From Eledone cirrhosa (lineage: Eukaryota): a stretch of DNA of 64,000 nt. The notes beneath the pieces are model-generated. The model was given only the letters and a program-made list of their open reading frames with translations, made no database searches and was not told where the DNA came from. The DNA lies in the NCBI GenBank assembly GCA_964016885.1, contig OZ024752.1:48608001-48672000 (forward strand), given 5' to 3'. This document shows positions 27,811 to 40,644 of the stretch, piece after piece. The position numbers were made by a program, and so were the translations under genes. Every line of letters starts with the position of its first letter. The first letter of the stretch is position 1.

Positions 27811-27948
27811 ATATTTAATATAGAAATGGCTTATACAGGACTAGAACTGTTTCATTCGGGAGAAATCATGAGGAAAGCTGGCTCTCCTGATGATTTCTCC
27901 CAAATGAAACAGTTTTAGTCTTGTAGAAGCCACTTCTATATTAAATAT
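27811..27948. repeat. ~138-bp imperfect palindrome (probable Penelope-like inverted remnant)
   Basis: ~59-bp arms with about 5 differences; CTGATGA (27887) ... GAAAC (27906) in the right arm. Confidence 0.75.
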
Positions 27949-28983
27949 TTATACCCTGGTATGTATTAAGTACCTTACTTACTGTGGTTACCCCCGATTG
28001 AACCTGGGATAAACATATATATATATATATATATATTAAAATAACAGATTAAAGTTTAAGCAAAGAATCACTGCTTTCACCCTTAACGAGATCTTCTGCT
28101 CTAGGGTTCTTATATATTTGATATATATTTATCCTTATCGAGCTCTCTTTGGATTTTAGTCTTCAAATATATTATTATTACTATATATATATATAAATGT
28201 TTGCACATATATATATACACATATAAGGAGCGAGAGGGGGGGGGGGGCGAGACTGAGAGAGGGGGGGGCGAGACTGAGAGAGAAGGGACCCTGTTCAGAG
28301 CTGAAATGAGAGGAGGGCTCTGTCTGATGATGGGGGCCCTGAGCATTTGCCCCTACTGCTCTCCAATAAGACTAGCTGTGCAGACAGTTTTGTTTTCAAA
28401 CAGTCATTGACACATTTCACATTAAACTACTTTTACAATCATTCCTATTTGTAAAAGCTGAAATCTAAAATACAACAGAAGCTAATGGAAAAATAAAATA
28501 TTTCCTTTGTCTCAATTAACTTTATCTTGAGAAGTAATAGGCTTTTTCTGTATGTTAAGTATATAACAGAAAATTGATGTATTTCATGATTCCAACCAGC
28601 AATACCATCTATCTTTGTTTGGACTCTTCAGGTGAATAATTCTTCTACAAAGGTAAAGTTTATTGTACATATGTTCTTCCATATACCAGCACTCAAAATG
28701 GTTGGAAATTTCAAATATATATATGCCAATGCTAGCATGGAAATATATATATATTAAATGGTTAGTTTCAGAAGATCCCGTTAAGGGTGAAAGCACCGAT
28801 TCTTTGCTTAAACTTTAATCTGTTATTTTAATAAATATTTGCTCTACGGTTCTTATATATTTGATATATATTTATCCTTATCGAGCCCTCTTTGGATTTT
28901 AGTCTTCACATTTATTATTATTACTATATATATATATATATATATAATATATAAGATCAAAAGATGGTTAAATGAGTTCCATG

Positions 28984-29054
28984 TATTTTATTATGCGCAT
29001 TTCAAAAACAAATATCATCATGCAATAACATTTGTGTTTTCATCAGATAAAATA
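28984..29054 (-). ncRNA. Type-I hammerhead ribozyme (left arm)
   Basis: Stem I TATTTTAT/ATAAAATA, core CTGATGA, 16-bp stem II, GAAA, palindromic stem III ATGCGCAT, AUA triplet. Confidence 0.8.
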
Positions 29055-29171
29055 GGAGGACATGATATGAAGGTTAAAAACACTTGTGGATAGTGCAGTT
29101 TTAAATCAACATATGTTGATTTAAAACTGCACTATCCACAAGTGTTTTTTAACCTTCATATCATGTCTCCC

Positions 29172-29242
29172 TATTTTATCTGACGAAAACGCAAATGTCA
29201 TCTCATGATGATATTTGTTTTTGAAATGCGCATAATAAAATA
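29172..29242 (+). ncRNA. Type-I hammerhead ribozyme (right arm)
   Basis: Stem I 29172-79/29235-42, CTGACGA 29180-86, stem II 29187-202/29207-222, GAAA 29223-26, ATGCGCAT 29226-33, predicted cleavage after A29234. Confidence 0.8.
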
Positions 29243-29365
29243 CATGGAACTCATTTAACCATCTTTTGATCTTATATATTATGTATACACCAGTTCTACA
29301 AACTGTAGAGTGTTTCTTATCCGATATCTGCATTGCTTTATTGTACTACAATAAAACTCACCTCC

Positions 29366-29404
<39 letters not shown>

Positions 29405-29409
<5 letters not shown>

Positions 29410-29760
29410 GAACTGAAAGAAGAAATTGGGTTTAAGAGGAATCCAGAGTGGTGTGGAAGAGAGAAGACTGCATTGGTAAGGATATGTGATGTGCATGGAT
29501 AATGATTGGTGGGTGAAGAAATGCCAAGTAGTCCCGATGTGAGAAAGCCACAATAGAGTTTGACCAAGTAAGACCTGGGCAGAGGTGGTGAGAGCAGATC
29601 TCAAATTAATGAGACTCACGGAAGAGATGACAAAGGAATACGACAAACTCGAGAGATGCTGTGCTGAAAATGAAAAGGACACATCCAACGTATGCAAGCA
29701 TAGAGAAAAGGACACAAAAATGATGATGACGATGATGATGATGATGATGATGATAATGAT
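29405..29760 (+). mobile_element. RTE LINE 3' fragment
   Basis: LDELKE...RERRLHW...KTWAEVVRADLKLMRLTEEMTKE, (GAT)n tail. Confidence 0.75.
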
Positions 29761-30911
29761 ATATATCTATATTGTTGGCCTTCTGTCATTTTCTATATGC
29801 CTGGAGTCGACGAAGGGGGTATGTGGGGAGTCAATGTTTGAAAGGTACCTGGTCTACTCCCTTAACTTTCAACTCATTGTGTTTCAGATCTATTTAATAT
29901 TGTAGCGTTAAAAATTTGAAATTATTTGTGACAGAGAAAGGAAAGGATAAGAAAGAAGAGGACATGGAATCAAAGAGACAGGAGAGTAAGGGGAAGTTCT
30001 TGCAGTTAAAATCTCTGTTAGTTCCATCTCTGTAAAGTAGGTTGGGTGACAGTTGTAGTAGATAGATCTGTCTCAGTCATGCTAGTTTATATCAAGACTA
30101 ACATTTAATGAAATATGATGATGATGATGATGATGATGGTGATGATGGTGGTGATGATGATGGTGGTGGTGGTGATGATAATGATGATGATGGTGATGGT
30201 GATGATGATGATCGTGGTGGTGATGGGGGTGATGATGATGGTGATGTGATGATGATGATGATGGTGATGATGGTGATGATGATGATGATGATGGTGGTGG
30301 TGATGATTATGATGATGGTGGTGATGATGATGGTGATAATGATGATGATGGTGATGATAATGATGATGATGATGATGGTGATGGTGATGGTGATGATGAT
30401 GATGATGATGGTGATGATGGTGGTGGTGATGGTGGTTATGATGATGGTGGTGATGATGATGGTGATAATGATGATGATGGTGATGATAATGATGATGATG
30501 ATGGTGATGGTGATGATGATGATGATGGTGATGATGGTGGTGATGATGGTGGTGATGATGGTGGTGATGGTGGTGGTGGTGATTATGATGATGGTGGTGA
30601 TGATGATGGTGATAATGATGATGATGATGATGATAATGATGATGATGATGATGATGGTGATGGTGATGATGATGATGGTGGTGATGGTGGTGATGATGGT
30701 GATGATGGTGGTGGTGGTGGTGGTGGTGATTATGATGATGGTGGTGATGATGATGGTGATAATGATGATGATGGTGATGATAATGATGATGATGATGATG
30801 ATGATGATGATGGTGGTGGTGATGGCATGATGTATTAAATGTTACATTTTGAAGTTTGCATATATATAAATGTATATGTGTATATGTGAGTGTGTGTGTG
30901 TGTGTGTATAC

Positions 30912-30968
<57 letters not shown>

Positions 30969-31007
30969 CAGCCACACATGCATATATATATATATACACA
31001 CGCACAC

Positions 31008-31042
<35 letters not shown>

Positions 31043-31177
31043 TATATTTCATATACAAACATATACATACAAACACATATATATATAGATAAACACTTAT
31101 ATTTAGTTTATATACACACATATGTACCTGTATATAAATGAATTTGTGCAGGTGTGTAATTACACACACAAACACAC

Positions 31178-31255
31178 ACATATCAATACACTCACATATC
31201 AATATATACACACACTCACATATCAATACATACACATACACACACACACATCAAT

Positions 31256-31292
<37 letters not shown>

Positions 31293-31752
31293 TATCAATA
31301 CACACACACACACACACACACTCACATATCAATACACACACACACACACACACACTCACATATCAATACACACACACACACACACTCACATATCAATACA
31401 TACACACACACACACACACACACTCACATATCAATACATACACATACACACACACACACACACTCTCTCTCGCATATCAATACATACACACACACACACA
31501 CACACACTCTCACATATCAATACGAACACACACACACACACACATATCAATACACACACACACTCACATATCAATACACACACACACACACTCACATATC
31601 AATACATACACACACACACACACACATATCAATACACTCACATATCAATACATACACACACTCACTCACACACACACACATCAATACACACACACACACA
31701 CACACTCTCACATATCAATACAAACGCGCACACACACACACACATATCAATA

Positions 31753-31784
<32 letters not shown>

Positions 31785-32127
31785 TATCAATACATACACA
31801 CACACACACACACACATATCAATACACTCACATATCAATACATACACACACTCACTCACACACACTCACATATCAATACACACACACACACACACTCACA
31901 TATCAATACACACAAACACACACACACACATATCAATACACACACACACACACTCACATATCAATACATACACACACACACACACACACACATATCAATA
32001 CACTCACATATCAATACATACACACACACACTCACATATCAATACACACACACACACACACTCACATATCAATACACACACACACACTCACATATCAATA
32101 CACACACACACACACTCACATATCAAT

Positions 32128-32160
<33 letters not shown>

Positions 32161-32192
32161 CACACACTCACATATCAATACATACACACACA
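31178..32192 (+). repeat. Minisatellite CACATATCAATA + variable (CA)n
   Basis: Directly visible, >30 units; source of His/Thr-rich pseudo-ORFs. Confidence 0.9.
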
Positions 32193-32391
32193 ATTATGTA
32201 TACTTTCAACTTTACTGACAAGCACATCAGTGTACAGTGAAATGTAAAACATCCTTCACATCAAATTTTAATCACTGCACTCCCTCCTCTCTCTTTGGCA
32301 GCCATCATAACACTACAAACATCTCTTCACCGATCCATCAAACACAATATCGAGACAAATCTGTTAAGGGTTAATGCAAAAAGCCTGTGCA

Positions 32392-33930
32392 ATCTCCCTG
32401 CCTGCATCACCGTCGATCAACCTACATATATATATTAGTGTGTATATATATATAGAGACATGTACATCTATATATATATATATCTGTGTGTATATATAGA
32501 GAGAGGCATGCATATCTCTATATATATATATATATATGTGTGTGTATATATATAGAGAGAGAGAGACATGCATATCTCTCTATATATATATATGTGTGTA
32601 TATATATATATGTGTGTATATATATATAGAGAGAGACTCTCCCTGCCTGCATCACCGTCGATCAACATACCTATATATATTAGTGTGTATATATATATAG
32701 AGAGACATGTACATCTATATATATATATATCTGTGTGTATATATAGAGAGAGGCATGCATATCTCTATATATATATATATATATGTGTGTGTATATATAT
32801 ATATAGAGAGAGACATGCATATCTCTCTCTATATATATATATATGTGTGTGTATATATATAGAGAGAGAGAGACATGCATATCTATATATATATATATAT
32901 ATATGTGTGTATATATATATAGAGAGAGACTCTCCCTGCCTGCATCACCGTCGATCAACCTACATATATATATTAGTGTGTATATATATATAGAGACATG
33001 TATCATCATCATCATCATCAGGTTTAGCGTCCGTGTTCCACGCTTGCATGGGTTTGGACGGGGGTTTTCCCACTTGAGGCAAGAGTGGTTGTCTTGCTCG
33101 CGTAGTATATCTATATATATATATATGTGTGTGTGTGTATATATATAGAGAGAGAGAGACATGCATATCTATATATATATATATGTGTGTATATATCTAT
33201 AGAGACATGCATATCTAGATATATATATGTGTGTATATATATAGAGAGAGACATGCATATATATATATATATATATGTGTGTATATATATATAGAGAGAG
33301 ACATGCGTATCTATATATATATATGTGTGTATATATATATATAGAGAGAGACATGCGTATCTATATATATATATATGTGTATATATATATAGAGAGAGAC
33401 ATGCATATCTATATATATATATGTGTGTGTATATATATAGAGAGAGACATGCGTATCTCTGTTACCTACATAGAGCACTCTTTTTTCCTGGACTTTTCCG
33501 ACGGAATTACTTCATTTATGTGTGTATATATATATATAGAGACATGCATATCTATATATATATATATATATGTGTGTATGTATATAGAGAGACATGCATA
33601 TCATCATCATCATCATCATTTTGCGTCCGCTTTTCCCTGCTTGCAAGGGTGGGACGGGTCTTATTCAGCACAGCATCTCTCCACTCATCACGGTCCTTCG
33701 TCATCTCCACCGTGAGCTTCAATGATCTGAGGTCTGTTCTCACCACCTCCGCCCATGTTTTTCGTGGTCTACCTCTACCACGTCTTCCTTCATATCTATA
33801 TATATATATATGTGTGTATATATATAGAGAGACATGCATATGTCTCTCTATATATATGTGTGTGTGTATATATATATAGAGAGAGACATGCATATCTATA
33901 TATATATATGTGTGTATATATATATATATA
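32392..33930 (+). repeat. Higher-order satellite: (GA)nCATGCATATC(TA)n(TG)n monomers, with a 250-290-bp block repeated three times
   Basis: Anchor TCTCCCTGCCTGCATCACCGTCGATCAAC at 32392, 32638 and 32931. Confidence 0.85.
33601..33792 (-). mobile_element. RTE LINE 3' end (donor of the SINE A1 tail)
   Basis: [56 protein letters not shown] then (GAT)n. Confidence 0.85.
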
Positions 33931-34330
33931 TATAATATTCTTTGATGTATTCATAGAACCTTGTTTAACTCTTAAATATATAATATATATATATATATAT
34001 ATATACATGTGCATATATATGTGTGTATATGTATATATTTATATATGTATACATATATATATATATATATATATATATGTGTATATGTCAAAGAAAGAAG
34101 AAGAAGAGTATCATGGTTTGCTGTACAATAGGGGCTTCATTTAAAGTACTGACAATTGTTTCGTTGATCGGGTGTGTCTAGAGTTTGCTAAGTGTATATG
34201 TATATATCTATATATATATATATGTATACATATATATATAAGTGTATATGTAAGTGTATATATAAGTGTATATGTATATATTTATAAGTATATACATACA
34301 CATATATATATATATATATATATATATGTT

Positions 34331-34382
<52 letters not shown>

Positions 34383-34407
34383 TATATATACACACATATA
34401 TATACAT

Positions 34408-34442
<35 letters not shown>

Positions 34443-34452
34443 TATGTTTCTT

Positions 34453-34483
<31 letters not shown>

Positions 34484-34884
34484 CCTACATCACACCAAAG
34501 CAGAGCAGAGAACTATCTTACTATGTCTAATGGCAGTTTCATTACTTACACCATATTGTAATATAAGATGGCAGCTTTAATGACAAGCTAGTTTCCAAGT
34601 TGAATAACTTACTATCTATCTATCTAGCTGGATGGTTTGCTGGCCTTCTATCAGTTTCTCAGTGAGGTTTACATTATATTTGAATCAATAAAGAGCACCA
34701 GCTGGACTCGGGGTCCAAAGGAAAATATATTGAATGTGAAGTCAAATGTTTAAAATATTTAAATCACCAATCCATCTTAGTGGATTGGTAGACCTGTTGT
34801 AGCACTGAATGAGATGACTTATTTATGACAGTATTTCTCTATTTCTGGTCTACTTGGTTTAACACTGGACATTAAATAACAAAG

Positions 34885-35322
34885 ATGTGCAATGTCTATG
34901 TGCGTAAACAACCAAGCATAGACGAGTTGAGAGAGAAGCTGTGTATAAGAGGGATAAGCTGTAGTGTGTGGGAGAGAAGGCTGCGACGGTATGGACATGT
35001 GATGAGCATGGAGGATGACAGCTGGGTAAAGAAGTGCCAAAAAAAAAGCCCGGTGGAAGACCACGAAAAACATGGTAGAGGAAGACCACGAAAAACATGG
35101 GCGGAGGTGGTGAGAACATATATACACCTTTGACGAGTTGTAGTGCACCTGAGCACTTTACACAATAATTTCATTATTATTTTATAACACACCTCAGATC
35201 GCTGAAGCTCACGGAGGAGATGACGAAGGACCGTGACGAATGGGGAGATGCTGTGCTGAATAGGACCCGTCCCACCCTTCCAAGCAGGGAAAAGCGGACG
35301 TAAAATGATGATGATGATGATG
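34885..35322 (+). mobile_element. RTE LINE 3' fragment interrupted by a CR1 tail (~35122-35185)
   Basis: ELREKL.IRGI...ERRLR.YGHVM.MEDDSWVKKC...GRGRPRKTWAEVVRT, resumes at 35191. Confidence 0.85.
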
Positions 35323-37066
35323 TTTGGTCCATAACATAAGAAAGGTTTACCTCGACGGGATTTGAACTCAGATCATAAAGGGCCGTAACTCTATGCTGCA
35401 GAGCATGGCATCAAACCCTCTACCAATAGTGCCAATCCACCAAATGGAAGACATATAGATGAATGTAAATACTTTAAAATAAGCAGATTGGTACCTTAGA
35501 ACCAGAGGCAGTTTCTTGACCAGCAAACTTTATGCCCTAAGGCCATTTTGTCCTCTAGAAATTTTGTTCAATAAACAATCTCCCCTGTAATATAAATTAA
35601 TCCTTCTGTGACAACCCCCCCCCCCCCCCAACAAAAACAACAACAACAACAACAACAAAAACACATCTATATGATGACCACCTCCTCTAATTACTGTATG
35701 GCAATTAAAAAGCTTTTAATTATAAGATAAAATTAATCTATATCCCAACCCCTTCATCTTGTTGTTGATGTTATATATTCAATAAATAAATATATGAATA
35801 TATAAATAAATATATAAATATATAAATATATAAATATATATACAAATACATAAATATATAAATACATAAATATATAAATACATAAATATATAAATACATA
35901 AATACATAAATATATAAATATATAAATATATATATATACAAATACATAAATATATATACAAATACATAAATATATAAATACATAAATACATAAATATATA
36001 AATATATAAATATATTTAATACATAAATATATAAATACATAAATATATATATATATACATAAATATATAAATATAAAATATATAAATACATAAATATATA
36101 AATACATAAATATATATACATAAATACATAAATATATAAATATATATATATCTATATATATATACAAATACATAAATATATATACAAATACATAAATATG
36201 TAAATACATAAATACATAAATATATAAATATATAAATATATTTAATACATAAATATATGAATACATAAATATATATATATATACATAAATATATAAATAT
36301 AAAATATATAAATACATAAATACATAAATACATAAATATATAAATATATATATATCTATATATATATACAAATACATATATATATATATATATATAAATA
36401 TATAAATATACATATATATAAATATATAAATACATAAATATATATATAAATACATAAATATATATATATATATATATATTATCAGTACCATATTTGTTTT
36501 CGATCATTTAATTAAACAGACTGCAAAGGATCATCATTTGACCTTTCTACAACAACTGAAGAAAAAATGAAGTATGTGTGTGTGTGTGGGGTGGGGGGTA
36601 GCATGATTAAACAGGGGTGGAGTGGGTGGTGGTGGGGTATAGCAAAGTAAACTAAAGTAAATTGGAAAGAAATTAATTTTAGTTTTTCTCTAAATATACT
36701 CTAATCTGGACATCAGATATGACACCACAGTTGTGTTGTTTTGTTTTCATTTTTTGACAATCTACAATATAAATGTTTTCCTTTGCACTTTGCTATGTTT
36801 CAACATAGGTGGCAGCACGTGTATTCTGTGATGTTTGTCAAAAAGACGACCCAAACAATGACAGTTGACAACAACATCAACAACAACAACACAAACAAGA
36901 GATAAATTATTAGTTTTGAAAAAAAAAAAAAACCAAAATAATTATTATCAAAAAGTTTAAAATTACAAAATCAAGCCATTTAAACATTTTTGCTACAACT
37001 ACTACTACCATATCTACTAGTAGTAGTAATAGTAGTAGTACTACTACTAACACCACCACCACCACC

Positions 37067-37097
<31 letters not shown>

Positions 37098-37282
37098 TGT
37101 AGTAGTAGTAGACAAGAAAAATTCACAAAACTAGCTTTGAATCACTGGACCTGAAGTCAAGACTGGAAGATTTCTGGCTTGGTTTCTACAGCTGGATGCC
37201 CTTCCTAATGTCAACTACATTTACTAAAAAGATTTGGTCATTAAAATGTTTTTTAAATGTGGCATCTCAATGGCTTTAGTAG

Positions 37283-37675
37283 CCCTCTAGCATTTAAACC
37301 AGCCATATCTGGCCAGAATTCTCTCACCTCTTTCTGTTCAAACTGACAGTACCTGGCCACTCACACTTATGTTAAGGTATTGTTCTCAAAATAAATAATA
37401 TCAAACTTTCATAAATTCAATATAATGTGATATAATTATGTGAGATAATACTTCTACCATGAAAATGCAATAGTAAATATAGAATAATTGTTTCTACTTT
37501 TGGCACAAGGCCAGCAATTACCCAGTACATTACTGGTACTTTATTTATTTTATGAAAGGCAAAAATTAACCTCGGCGGGATTTGAACTCAGAATGGCAAG
37601 GGCCGTAACTCTATGCATCAAAGCATGGTGTCCGAAACTCTACCGATACTGCCAATGTAAATGCTAAAGAGTTAA
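37283..37675. mobile_element. TTAA MITE (family C) with SINE B inserted (~37485-37655, minus)
   Basis: CCCTCTAGCATTTA ... AAATGCTAAAGAG-TTAA. Confidence 0.8.
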
Positions 37676-38022
37676 CCATAAATTGCTATATAAATTCTAA
37701 AACAAATATCATACATCATTGTAAAATTTCCGAAGCAATATATTTAAAGAGTTGTGTCTTGTCAGAAAATAGTAAGTTAGATTCACATATGACTCTAGAG
37801 TGTTTATATCATAGTAGAAGGTGTGAGATACATGCCCTGCATTGTTTTATCACACGTATCTTCCAACTTCCTTGAGATTGATGAGAGATAGAGGTGTGTG
37901 TATGTGTGTGTATGTGTATGTATGTGTGTGTATGTGTGTGTATGTGTGAAATATTGAAATAGAAATATTTTAGAGTATTTTATTTTCTGGTTGGTTTGGT
38001 TCTGAACTTCATTTTAGTAAAG

Positions 38023-38062
<40 letters not shown>

Positions 38063-38307
38063 TGCCCCCTCGTTATCGAGTATGGCCATTGCACGAGGAG
38101 AAAGAAAAAAAATAAAAAATAATAATAATAATAATAATAAATAAATAAAAATAAAATTAAAATTAAAAAAAAAAAAATAATATATATATATATACAAACA
38201 TACATACACACATAAATATACATATATACATACATATATGACAATCCACAACTAAACAACCATTCAGTTATATATATATATATATGCATGTATATATATT
38301 TATATGT

Positions 38308-38376
<69 letters not shown>

Positions 38377-38415
38377 TATGTGCGTATATATGCATGTATA
38401 TATATTTATATGTGG

Positions 38416-38448
<33 letters not shown>

Positions 38449-38497
38449 TATGTGCGTATATATGCATGTATATATATTTATATGTGGATATACACAC

Positions 38498-38528
<31 letters not shown>

Positions 38529-38724
38529 TATATATACATGATGATCTATGATATAAAGTTTTAAATTATAATTTATTATGTTGTTCAGGTTATCAGTTAC
38601 AATATAACAATGACTGCGATCTGCTCAACTATAGTCTTCTAATCTCCTAAAGATCAAAGTTAATGTTTTAGGTTATATAATTTCTACATTTAGATGGTGC
38701 TATAAAGATTATATGATATGGTAC

Positions 38725-39970
38725 AGTCATATGTCTAACACACGTAGGCATGCCATCAAAGTCAGAAAACAGCACAGCTCCCATGACTTTCGGAAACATT
38801 TTTTCAAGCTCAGAGTTGCTGAAGCATGGCACAAACTACCTGCATCAGTTGTTGGCTGCCAAGACACTGCATCCTTTAACCCTTTAGCATTTACATTACT
38901 CTATATATACTATTGTATTTTCATAGTAAAGGCTTTACCTCACATAATTATGTCACATAACATTTACATTACTCTATATATACTATTGTATTTTCATAGT
39001 AAAGGCTTTACCTCACATAATATCTCACATAACATTTACATTACTCTATATATACTATTGTATTGTCACAGAAAAGGCTTTACCTCACATAATTATCTCA
39101 CATAACATTTACATTACTCTATATATACTATAGTATTTTCATAGTAAAGGCTTTACCTCACATAATATCTCACATAACATTTACATTACTCTATATATAC
39201 TATAGTATTTTCACAGTAAAGGCTTTACCTCACATAATTATCTCACATAACATTTACATTACTCTATATATACTATTGTTTTTTCACAGTAAAGGCTTTA
39301 TCTCACATAATATCTCACATAACATTTACATTACTCTATATATACTATAGTATTTTCACAGTAAAGGCTTTACCTCACATAATTATCTCACATAACATTT
39401 ACATTACTCTATATATACTATTGTATTTTCACAGTAAAGGCTTTATCTCACATAATATCTCATAACATTTACATTACTCTATATATACTATTGTATTTTC
39501 ACAGTAAAGGCTTTACCTCACATAATATCTCATAACATTTACATTACTCTATATATACTATTGTATTGTCACAGAAAAGGCTTTACCTCACATAATTATC
39601 TCACATAATATCAAATCTATGAGATTTTGATATTATTTATTTTGAGAACAATACTTTAAAGTCAGTTTGAGGGGGCAGTTATGGCTGGTTTGAACAGAAA
39701 GGGGTGATGGAATGTTGGCTGGATATGGCCGGTTTAAATGCTAAAGCGTTAAAACCTCCATGCTTCCCCAAATTTGCCAACACTATACCTGATATTACCC
39801 CTCCATACACACACACACACACGTGTGTATGTATTTGTGTGTATATCATGACTCATACACTGTTCACTTTCCTGACATTTGTACATTATTCTATGTACTA
39901 TACATGTACCTTTGATGAGTTGTAGTGCACCTGAGCACTGTACACAATAAATTCATTATTATTATTATTA
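38725..39970 (+). mobile_element. CR1-type LINE ORF2 C-terminus and 3'UTR, split by a TTAA MITE
   Basis: NTRRHAIKVRKQHSSHDFRKHFFKLRVAEAWHKLPASVVGCQDTASF|KTSMLPQICQHYT* (TRGH...FF..RV...WN.LP motif family). Confidence 0.85.
38876..39752. mobile_element. TTAA MITE (family C) with ~10 x 70-73-bp array
   Basis: TTAA at 38876-79 and 39749-52; removing the element restores the CR1 reading frame. Confidence 0.95.
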
Positions 39971-40558
39971 TAGTATATATAGCAGATTTCTTTCAGAGAA
40001 GGATAGAAAGTGAGAAAGAAGAAGTGAGAACGAGATATAGAGGAATGAAGAAGCGGGAGCAAGGAAAGAAAGAAAGAAGAGGGAGTAAAGGAAGAAAGAA
40101 AGAAGAGAGGGTAAGACAGAAAGAAAAAAGAAAAGAGAAAGAAAGAAAGAAGAGAGAGTAAGGGAGAGATAGTAAGAAAGAAAGAGAGAAAGAAAGAAAA
40201 GAAAGTAAAGAAGGAAAGAAACTAAAAAAAAAACCCTGAAAACCCAAACAAATAAAATAAATGTAAAATTGTAGTTACCATGGCAATTAATCTGTAGTTA
40301 GTTACCATGGCAACTAATCTAAGAATGTTTACCTTAGGATTAAAAAATAATTGATGAATTGTGAAGATTATTATGATAGAAATCTACTTTGTAATCTTTT
40401 AATTACAACAGAACTGTATCTGGGGGGACAGGTGTGGGGTGTGTGGGGTGTGTGGGGTGGGGGTGGGGTGGGGGTACGTGGTGATGGGAAGTATGTGTGG
40501 GATGGGGTGGGGAGGATATGGGTGTGGGGTTTTGATGTGGGTGTGTGCGTGTGTGTGG

Positions 40559-40602
<44 letters not shown>

Positions 40603-40644
40603 GTGTGCACGTGTATGTGCGCGTGTGCCCATGTGCACATGTCG

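Larger units (their letters stand above)
28944..29282. repeat. ~339-bp spacer-less palindrome (Penelope-like inverted terminal repeat)
   Basis: Centre CATATG at 29110-29115; arms of ~169 bp differ at only a few positions. Confidence 0.95.

Noticed and set aside
27551-28652. Possible small exons (minus 27551-27683 with a GTAAGT donor; plus 28570-28631)
   Set aside because: Splice-like signals expected by chance; peptides unrecognisable and on opposite strands
40422-40512. G-quadruplex-forming tract (also 10561-10670)
   Set aside because: Formally possible but indistinguishable from the abundant GT/GGT low-complexity DNA
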